From the NCBI GenBank assembly GCA_027604505.1, contig JADIIX010000044.1, positions 62,001 to 126,000 of the forward strand: a stretch of DNA of 64,000 nucleotides, read 5' to 3'. The DNA comes from Gonapodya sp. JEL0774. Lineage: Eukaryota. Positions 39,294 to 48,942 of the stretch are shown here, in pieces. The notes under the pieces were generated by a model. It made no database searches and was not told where the DNA came from. It saw nothing but the letters and a program-made list of their open reading frames with translations. The position numbers and the translations under genes were made by a program. How positions within the stretch are numbered: position 1 is the first letter of the stretch; every line of letters begins with the position of its first letter.

Positions 39294-40875
39294 ATGGCCG
39301 ACCTCGACCACACCGACCTCGGCGACTTGGACAACCTCGAAATGGGTGAGGGTGAGGACCAGGTAAGTGGGAGAGTTGAGGGGTTTGGAATTTGTGGGGA
39401 GGGGAGGTGGAGGAAGATGGGGGATGACGGGGAAAGGGCAACAGGATACGGGGAATGCGAATGCGAATAGGAAAGGAGGACCCAAACAGGGGGACTGGCT
39501 GGGAAAGTGGGAGGAATGGGAATCCTAATGGGGTAATCCGAACGAGCCACATGGGCAATCGGGAAATGCCCAACCCACGACGGTCACTTCGCCTTCCTCA
39601 CACCCACCTCACCCTGTCCTCCCTTGCCCCAGATTGAACACCTCAAATCCCAACTCGCAGGTCTCGAAGACCAAGAGAAGCAACTGAAAGCCGAAGCCGC
39701 CGCACTAGGTATGCCCGGGGGTGGGGGGGCCGGGGTGGGGGAGGCGGATAAAGGTGGGTTGTGGGATGTTTGAAGGACGAGCGAAAGGGAGTTTTTGGGA
39801 AGTTGTAGAGAAGAGAGGGTTGGGAGGGAGTGTGATGGTTGGGACGGGGAATGGGATGGGGCGGGGGTGGAGTACATTGGTTGGGGTGGGTTCGGTGGTG
39901 TGGTGTTGGTTGGTACAAGACGAGGATCAGTAAGACCTGCCGTCGCATTGGAGACCACCTGAGGTCCCAGTGTGTACCTCACAGAGTCAAACCTCTTCAA
40001 ACCTCGTCTAACCCCCGCCCGGTNNNNNNNNNNGCCGGCCGTTGGGTCTACACCCTGGGTCCCAGTGTTTTCCCCCCCCCTTCAAACCCGCTCACACCCT
40101 TTTTACCCCCCCCCCGGTGGCCCCCCCCCCCCCCCCCCCGCCCGCGCCCCCAGAGGAAGTCGACGCCCGCTCAGTCTACATCGGCAACGTGGATTACTCC
40201 ACGACTCCCGAAGACCTGCAAGCTTTCTTCCAGTCCTGCGGCACCATCAACCGCGTGACCATCCTCTGCGACAAGTTCACCGGACACCCAAAGGGGTTCG
40301 CGTACGTCGAGTTTGCGGATCAGAACGCGGTTGCGGGGGCGTTGATGATGAACGAGACGGTGTTTAAGGGGAGGGTGATTAAGGTGGGTGGTGGTGTGGA
40401 AAGGGCGGGGGAGGAAGAGAGGGGCTGCGGGTTCGTTCTGAGACGGTGGGAATGGGACGGCCGAACGTGTTGGTAGCATATGACGCACTTGTTGGACTCG
40501 AACGGGTGGACGGCACGTGGAGGTCGGGAGGAAGTGTGGGACTATACAAGACGTTTTCTCGACCATGGCGTTCGTCGAGCTTACTCTCTCTCCACCTCTA
40601 CTTCTTCTCCCCTCTACCTCTCCACCAACCAACCACCCTTGCGCCCCAATCCCAAGGTCTCCGCCAAACGCACCAACATCCCCGGTGTCACCCTGCGCGG
40701 CCGGGGCCGCGGTCGCGGCGCTCCACGCGGGTTCCGTGGCGCCCCGCCGTTCCGTGGAGGTGGGGGGTACAGGGGCGGATACGGGTACGGGGGGTACGAT
40801 GATGGGTATGGGGGGTACGGGTATAGGGGCAGAGGGGGTTTTAGGGGGAGGGGGAGGGGTTATGCGCCGTATTAG
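39294..40875 (+). CDS. PAB2: Nuclear poly(A)-binding protein (PABPN1/Pab2/Sgn1 family): coiled coil + RRM + RG-rich tail
   Basis: [54 protein letters not shown], then KV(SA)KRTNIPG and RGRG repeats ending APY. Confidence 0.95.
40024..40033. other. Assembly gap (10 N) with low-quality duplicated flanks
   Basis: N run; ~39940-40023 and ~40034-40118 are degraded copies of each other (ggtcccagtg...tcaaacc...cccggt). Confidence 0.9.
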
Positions 40876-41078
40876 GAAGCTGTTGGGGATGGTACTTTGG
40901 AGAGGTTTTTTTGTAGAACGGGTGTGATGGATTTGTTTTGTTTGGAATTAGAGTGTGGTTAGACCTGAATACCAAGAGTGCTATCATATCGGCGCACGGT
41001 TTGTCCCGCTTCCGACCCTCCAACAACCCCCACCAACCACCCCCTCCCAAACCCCATCCCTCCCGTCCCACACTGCCC

Positions 41079-41944
41079 ATGTCCTCCCCCTCCCCCAACG
41101 GCACTTCCTACATCCTCCCCGACCGCGCAGCCGCCCTCGCGTCCTACCCACACGCCCGCAGAGTCGGCAGCACTGTGTACGTTTCGGGGACCAGTTGTAG
41201 GAGACCCGATAATACGTATGAGGGGGTGAGTTGGCTGGATGGGGGGGGAGGGGGTTGGGATGGGGGTTGAGTGAAGAGGGTCGAGATGGTGAAGACACAA
41301 GGATGGAGCGCTGATGGGGACGATTCGGACGGTGTGTAGGTCGAAGTAGCGGCAGATGGAACGCTCAAGCTGGATATTAGGAAGCAGACGCGCGCAGTGT
41401 TGGAAAAGTGAGTCAACATTGCGGTCTCAAACTCCTCAAGTCGTGATATCCACCTCACCATTCATCCACGCCCGACCACGGCCGTTTTTCCGCCGCGCAA
41501 CATTCTGTATGCGGCTTGGTGTGGGACAATCATAGCATCAAGATTATTTTGAACGCTGCGGGATTAGGCTTGGAAAACGTCGTGGACCTGACCGTGTTCT
41601 TGGTCGACATGGTGAGAGAGTGATAAACGCCTTGCGGAGTCTAGCCAAACAATCCGTCAGTGTGAATGGCCCCGCATCCATCTCTCTCGTTCTTTGAACA
41701 ACTCTCCCCACACACACGCGTTATAGAAAGACTATGCGGGCATGAACGAGGTTTACAACGAATACTTCAAGGCCGAGACGGGCCCCTCGCGAACCACCGT
41801 CGCCGTGCACCAATTACCGTTGGATAAATTGCTGGTGGAGATCAAGGTGAGGCGTGGCGTGACGGAGCGGGGTGTTCAAGGACTTATTCGGCACTGACCG
41901 TGACGTTATGCGGACAGGCGGTTGCTCATGACCCGAGTAGATAG
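41079..41944 (+). CDS. RidA/YjgF/UK114 family protein, 2-aminomuconate deaminase-like
   Basis: Five exons: [58 protein letters not shown]...[50 protein letters not shown]. Confidence 0.9.
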
Positions 41945-42043
41945 TGCATGTTGGTATCATTACACGTGCGTGGTGTGGTAACTATACAGAAATAAAATAG
42001 CATCCCTGTTGGGCCTGATTCTGAAAGCAAACAATAGAAACGT

Positions 42044-45000
42044 TCAGAATCCTGCCCGCCGTCTCTTACTAGAGGGGGCGCCCTGAGACAATCTATGCTG
42101 ACTGGATATCGCTGGTTTGCGTGGATTCCCTTGGGTTTGGCGTTGAGACGACGAGGGAGTAGGATCGACCTTGATCACCGGTACGGACGACGATCCAGTG
42201 TCCTGCGAGGTTGTTGCAATTATGATGGGAATTCGCTCGTGCGGTGAACTGGTCGACGGTTGTGTGGTAGGGAACACGTCGGTGAAGAGGTGTGGAACGG
42301 CACCTGCGTCTCCTGGAGCAGAGCTTCCGCCTGCACCCATCTCTTCACCACCGCTCGTAGCGGAACGGTCAGCCTTCTTCCTGCGAGAACCACCCGGAAA
42401 CTCCATAGTTGGAGGTGGCGGATAATTTGTCGTCGGATTGTCCCAAAGATCCTTGAGTCTGGCCGCTGCTGGGATGAGTGGATGTGCTTGCAGGCTGAAC
42501 GCCGTTCGCAGGGAGTTTGGGGGATCGCCATCACTTGCAGAGTGTTTAAAGGAACCGTTTCGCAGCACAATGTGGGCTGCACCCCAATCCTTAGCGATCT
42601 CTCGGAGGGCTTGTTGGCGGACAAGAGAGGTAGACTTCTCGTCTGAGGGTTCCATTGTTGTGGTCAAGGGATGTGCGAAAGTCGCCAAACGCTTCTCCAC
42701 ACCATCTACCAAGCTCTCTGCCTTCTTTTGCCAAAGGTCCTGGGCTGCTTCCAGTGCTTCCATATCCACGGCCATGCCCGTGAGGCTTAATGCGAGTATG
42801 TCGCGCTCGTGATCCTTACGTGCATCGTCCAACAGCTGATGTAAAAGCCCGTGAAGATTTTTGGCGTTAAGCTGCGGTGGGCCAATGCGTGAAACCAGGC
42901 CTGTGGAGAGATCGTATGTGATCTTGGGGTCGGAGAAGAGCTCAAATAAAGTGTGAAGGTTTGGGGAGTCGCCGCGAAGAATCGTCGCCGCCAGTGAGTC
43001 TTTGTTCAAGTGGTCACTGAGACGAGAATCTCGATCATGATCCCAAAGGGTGGCTCGATTGTCGAGTGATTTTGTCAGGTCTAGAGCGGACGATTTTGAG
43101 TTCGTAACAAGGGGGTCTCGTTTTGACACACATTGAACTTACACTTAAACGGTCTGGAAAAATCCTGTGTATCCAAGCTTCGCAAGAATCTGTGATCTTT
43201 CTCTTCCTTGAGCGACTGGATGTACCTTTTCCGCTCTGACTTCTGAATAGCAAACTGCAGAGATGGCCAAAAGGACTCCGCATCCTCATTCGTCTTATGG
43301 AAAGCGTCGTCCTTCATCCTCCCAGTCGTTCCAAACCACACAGCACCGTCATCGGCCAGTTGCCACAGGCGGAGGTTCACTCGACCATCGTGTCCGGCTG
43401 AGCACAACTGAGCATCCACACCATGCAACGTGGGCTTCTCCATGTGGCCACTGTCAATCAGACGCGATGTGCCGTAGACACGCGGATACGAATGGAAGCG
43501 TTGGGCCTCGCGGAATACCGGAAATATCCCTGGGGAACCTCCTGCCTGAATGTTACCTTGCGTTGTCGAGAAGTGCATTATATCACGGCAGTTCGGAGAC
43601 CATGCTATCAACAGCTCCCCGCCACCTTGCGTGTTTTCAAGCGACTTCACCATGGTAGGCGCTGAACCATGCGCTTTTGTGTGGTTCCAAGTCAAGATTG
43701 GGTGAGTGGGCATTCGTCGATCAACGATCGATAGTGCACCAGACGTCGCCACAAACGTGTGAAAGCTCTCCTTTCGTGACTGACACATAGCGGTGATTTG
43801 ATGGTGCTCCCCGATCGAAGTTATCGAGTACAGAAGCGCCGAGCGGCCTTCCGGAGCTCTTAAGTCGAGTGTCGACACTTTCACACGTGATGCAGCGTTG
43901 AGAAGTCGCGGATGCCCAGCCCACTCCATAAAAGCCCAAGGATCTTCATAAGGTTTTGTAAAGCTAGCATTACTGTGCAAACGTCCCTCTTCATGTGCGT
44001 TCCAGAGACCAACACGCCCGTGGTTATCAAGGAAGGCAAGCTCATGAGACAAGAATGGGTTCCACTTAGCGTCCAGTACAGATTTAGAAAAGTCCAGCGT
44101 GGTGACAACATCCACCCGAATCGGAGATGGAATTGGGTGAGAATCTAAAGCACCAAAATGATCACTCAAACCCTTCTTGGATGCAGCAGCAAAGCTCTTG
44201 CGATGAAGTTTGGGTCTCAAAATGCTGATCTGTGAGGGGTGTCGCAGAGCCACTAGATTGACCCCTAAACCACAATCTGGAATTGAGCCTTGGGCCACCT
44301 GAAGGTTAATAATCACATACCTGACGGACGAAGGAAGTTGCAATTTGAGCCAGTCACTTGATTTATGGGGACACGACACGAGGCCACTGGACCATTCACA
44401 ACATGAGGCAAAAGTGGAGGATGGTTCTCAGACGGGCTCAGAACAAGGTTCATGTCTGGAGAGTCCGGATAAAATACGTCGACGAATCAGCAAAAGCACT
44501 GCGATACACGAACAAAATCTCAACCTCACATAGGTCCCCGTAGGCCTCCCCACCTCGCGATAAGATCCATGTGGTCATGCTATCTCCATCGTCCATGTCA
44601 AAGAGCTCCAAGCAGTTACCAACTTCGGTAATTCGAGGTTCTGGGGAACTTTCCTTGGAATTAGTGTTTTCGAGAAGGTTCCGAAGTATATTCCGAGGTA
44701 CGAAAGATGACAGATGAACAGACTCGAAGTAGTTCACCTGATTACAAAGTTTGCTGTAAAAAATGCGCAAAACTGGTATAATTAAGACTTACGGATGCAG
44801 ATATATCAATATTCTTTCTAGGTTGATTTCCCTCATCCCAATGGAACCGAGTGGCAGGTGTCACCTTTCTCAGCATTTGAGCGTCGATCTGTACAGTAGG
44901 ATGAGGATAGACGTCCGGGCCTTTTGAATCCAACTTCTAGCGGTGATGAGATTGCTTTCATAAGTACCTTCATTCCTCCTTCACTCCCTGTGCGAGATGC

Positions 45001-45300
45001 CAATAATTCCAACCGGGCATCAGAGGCCCATCCTTCTTCATTTGACTGATTCTGGCCAGAAATATCTTCATATCTATACACCAATCCACCTACTTGTCCA
45101 TAATCAAGAAGGGCGGCATCTCGAATCGACTGTCTGCTCCCGTCATTGAAGGCCGTTTCGGTGGATGGAAAAGTTTGACCTGCGTATCGCGTCCCTGTCA
45201 TCTGGTGCACAGATTGGAGAGGAGATAGAGAGATGGCACCAAGGCATACCGCCCGATCCGCATATGGTGTTGGCCTGTGGACGTATCTGCAAGAAGAGCG
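42044..45300 (-). CDS. RNA polymerase I initiation factor TAF1C/Rrn6-like beta-propeller protein; start approximate
   Basis: LLDYGQVG, WNPFLSHELAFLD..GRVGLW, WAGHPRLL..ASR..VSTLDLR, LSIVDRRMPTHPILTWNH; C-terminus KRRRAGF is typical of Rrn6. Confidence 0.75.
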
Positions 45301-45418
45301 TCCTCCTCATGTCAAACTGGATGACCGACGAATAAGGACATGTGGAGTCCGTCTTTCTAACAAAAATCTTATAAGAGGCTCTAAATCAGGCCAACCATGC
45401 ATATAACAAATACATTCA

Positions 45419-48400
45419 TTAAGGTTGCGCTCGTCCAGGGAACCGTGGGCTGAGTGTCCCACATACTCATGGTCAGTAATCTCACATGGACGCGCACAAA
45501 TTGTGAACTCACTAGAGGCAGCACTCCCTCACGGTGTATCGGTTACACATCCACGCCAGAAATCGTTCCAGACCAAGGCCGAATCCACCGTGCTCGCATG
45601 TTCCGTACTTGCGTTGGTCAGTGAACCAGTAGTATGGTGATGGGTCAATACCTTCCCGTTTGTATGCGGCGAGTAGCTCGGCCTATGGTCATAGCAACAG
45701 TTGATGAGCCACATTATCAGAAGAAACGCTAAGAGGACTCGTAACATTGCTCACAAGATCTGAAATACGCATTGACCCTCCAACAATTTCACCAACGTTC
45801 GGAATCAATACATCAACACTTTCGGTCAGTCGAAGGTCTTTGGGGTCCTTCTTCATGTAAAAACTCTTTATCTCCACTGGGAACCTGCAGAACAGAATAG
45901 GCTCGCCGATGGCGTCCGTCATCTTCCGCTCTGGTGACTCCGGTATATCGTCACCGAAGACATATTCCGAGCCGTCCTCTTTGGTAATGCCGTTGTCTTT
46001 AAGCCACTTGATACCATCCGCATAATCCATCCGTCGGAAAGGGCGTTTAGGGGCAACAAAGTCCTTGTTGAGTTCCCGGAAGTAGGGAGCTTCCTTGGAA
46101 GCCAAAACGTAGTCGACCACGCTACAAATCTGGGTGCGAGGTCACAATCCCAGGTCATCACAAATTACATCATGCGCAAGACAAAGTGACGAAACGCTGT
46201 ACCATATCTTCCAAGAAGTCCAACAAATCATTGAAAGTGATGAAAGAGAGTTCAGCTTCGATGTGGGTATACCTGGCAAAATCTTAACGAAGTTACACAG
46301 TAGCAATTTCAGCATCGGAAACCTTTTAAACGCACTCAGACAAATGTCTTCGGGTGTGAGACTTTTCGGCACGGAAGGATTCGGTGATACAAAATACATC
46401 TCCAAGTGATGGGAGAACGGTTTCAAGGTAGAGCTGCGATGATTGCGTCAGGTATGCCTGTCGTGACGGAAAACGTTGTTGAACGTGGTACACAGCGAGG
46501 CGTGCCCAGAAACTGTTTCACACCTCCTCCCCGTAGTACTGGAACTTAAAAAGTGTGCTCCCTCCTTCGACTTGCGTTTGCACCATGAGCGGGGGTGTAA
46601 CCTCGTAGAGACCCCGCTTCTCGAAGAAATCCCGAAAACCTCGCAAGGTTGCGTGACGCACACGAAGTACTGAAGAAGCCGTATCACCACGAATCACAAG
46701 ATGGCGCTGGTCGAACAAGATATCCGGTGATGCGTCCTATCACATCCATTGTTCGGTGGTGCGATTTTGTTGGCTCATGTGTGCACTATGGAGATGACGG
46801 GAGTACATGCACTCACTGGGGTGATTCTGTTGCTGATCGCGTCATCCCCACCAGGAGCGGCTCCAATAAGCTCCCAGTAATCTACTTGAAGCTCATGTCC
46901 TCCGGGGGCCTGGATTTCAGATTTCAAAAAACGGCAACTAACGAGAGAGGGAAACAAGTGGGACGCACAGTTTTGCCTGCAGGAACCTCTTTGATCGTTC
47001 CATAAAGAGATACGGTGGACTCAAGTTGCAAGGTGAGAGCGTTGTAAGTATGACACTGCAGGAACGTGAAGAAAATTGTGCGGTCGGTCAAATCACCACA
47101 ATAACCGAAACTTCTGCACCCACCAATTGTCCCGTCAGCACACACTGAAGCGAGGCCGTCCCATCCCGCAACCAAATGAACATGAGATCCTTCCCTTGGA
47201 CGCGATGGCGGTGCACCCAGCCTGCTACAACGACGCGGGTGTTACGATGAGCGGTGGCATCCCGGATTTTGATCTTCGGATTTGGGTGGTTGACGGAAAT
47301 CGGAGGCGAAAGCCAAGGGGCGAGAAGGAGAGGGTGTTAGTAGGTGTTCACTGGTGTTGACAAGAATCCATGAAAAGAGTCCATGAAACAGAAATGGAAA
47401 CGAAAAAGAAAAGAAGAAAGAAGATGGACCACATTGGATCAATGTGTGTCCTAGTATTTGTTCCCCTCGTATATTGACACCGTCTGCTCCACTCGCACAA
47501 ATACGAAAAGCATCGGCACTGAGATTTCTCGGGAAATTGATGTTCCCACCGTTTCCCTTACGCCCACTTATATTTTTAGTGTCGTGGACGTATAGAATAA
47601 GGTGGGGTGAAAGTTGGGCATCTATCACCGCCAAATGGAGTTCGGCAGGATGCACTGACACCACGACGCCGAGCAATATGCCCCGACACCAGAGACAAAG
47701 CTTTGTACTCCCTGAGCAAAATAGCAGAACGGTGCTCACCTGCCAAGAAAAACGAACTGATGAGCAATCAATTACAGAAAACAAATTGGTTCAACGACTC
47801 CTGTGTTGCCTTTGCCTAGTAGCGTGCAAACATTTGGATACATAATCCCATCAAACACGCTATAGAAAAAAGGACGGTCATTTTCCCCCAATGCTAAAGC
47901 GACCAACCCTCACGGAACGAGGTGTAATCAGTAAGTTGCATTGGGATTTGCTTTTTGTTCAATGGTTGGGATTCTCGTTTCCCGGCCAGGCCCTCTCCAG
48001 GTGGTAGTACTACACGATCAGGGAACCCACCTGTTTTGCTTGGGGAAGAGAGTGATCCATCTTGATAATGACTTTCTTGCTTTCTTCTAATCTCTTCTCT
48101 TCGCCCGCTTTGTCTTCGGCCTCCTTAGCCTTGCGCTCCTCCTCCTTCCGTATCTTCTTGAGTGTTGTCTCATATCCGCTCTTGGCTTTCTTCAGACCGG
48201 CCTTGGAAATATCCGTCCATTCTGAGTCCTTCTTGACTTTTATCTTTACGTCATCGATGTTGATGGTGGGATGGGAGGTAGACACACGGAGGAAAGCCGC
48301 AAGCGCAGTCTTGAAAGGGGAAGTTTCCGAACCACTCCCAGATTCGTCGGAGCCTCCAGATTCGTCAATGTAGAGCACGATGCCTGGTTCAAATGATGAA

Positions 48401-48579
48401 CAAAAATTGGTGAACGATTGCAAGACAACTCATTCGCCCGACTGACAGTCCGACGTGGAGCATTCTCGCAGAGGAATAGCAATGAAATGCGGGAGTCCAA
48501 GCGGAAGCAATCGCCGGAGATTGGGGGAAAAGATCGTGCTTTGTGAGACTGACTTACTTTCGGGTTTTGATTCAGACAT
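45419..48579 (-). CDS. DED81: Cytosolic asparaginyl-tRNA synthetase
   Basis: LYIDE..GSD..G.G.E.SPFKT N-terminal extension, [97 protein letters not shown]. Confidence 0.97.
47426..47738 (-). ncRNA. Second structured intronic RNA candidate (multi-hairpin, H/ACA-like 3' end)
   Basis: Helices GGTGTCGGGGCA/TGCTCGGCGTC; TGGTGTC/GACACTA followed by AAAATA; GCATC-CTGCCGAA/TTTGGCGG-GATGC; CTTTTCGTAT/ATACGAGGGG followed by aACA (47461-47459); GGAC-CACATTG/CAATGTG-GTCC. Confidence 0.5.
47734..47766 (-). other. Putative recursive splice site (zero-length exon): branch point + pyrimidine tract + CAG|GTGAGC
   Basis: Minus strand TGCTCAT-cagttcgtttttcttgg-CAG|GTGAGC; junction between 47740 and 47739, inside the 48030-47274 intron. 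Confidence 0.6.
47801..47947 (-). ncRNA. Candidate intronic box H/ACA snoRNA
   Basis: Hairpin 1: CCCAATGC/GCATTGGG with an internal pocket and upper stem. H box AAATGA (47883-47878). Hairpin 2: TAGCGTG/CACGCTA. ACA at 47806-47804, 13 nt after the upper stem. Length ~145 nt. Confidence 0.7.
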
Positions 48580-48942
48580 TGTTGGGGGTAAAGTGGGTTG
48601 GTTTTGTTTCCAGTGGCGAAGCTGCCTCATCCAGTGTTACAGCAGTGGAAGGCACAGTTCTCAGTTGCTCTTCCCCATTTCACACCTTAGAAGACCATAC
48701 TGTATAGTGACAGCAAACTCTACATCTCTAGTCTAGTCACAGGAATTGCTTTTTTTCCAGCTCCTGGCAAAGAACGCAGGAGCACAATTTCCTTCCCGCC
48801 TGTCAACAAAAGAGAATAAAATTTTGTTTCAACCGAAAAGAAAGTCCATATCAGTTGCTGGTACACACTGCACCAATCTAAATACTGTGGTAAGTTCAAA
48901 TATACGCTGTGCGAACTCCTCCTTTGGTCATGATCCGAATCC

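Noticed and set aside
39940..40140. Apparent direct repeat around the N gap
   Set aside because: Degraded overlap of contig ends next to poly-C; assembly artefact
47274..47740. Telomerase RNA, snR30/U17, RNase P/MRP or SRP identity for the structured intron
   Set aside because: No CUAACCCU template, no m1/m2 motifs, no P4 GARAG/CR-V motifs and no SRP helix 8 consensus
47242..47784. 180-aa ORF inside the AsnRS intron as a separate or nested gene
   Set aside because: No recognisable motif and runs through a pyrimidine tract; better explained as structured intron RNA, though kept as the retained-intron frame
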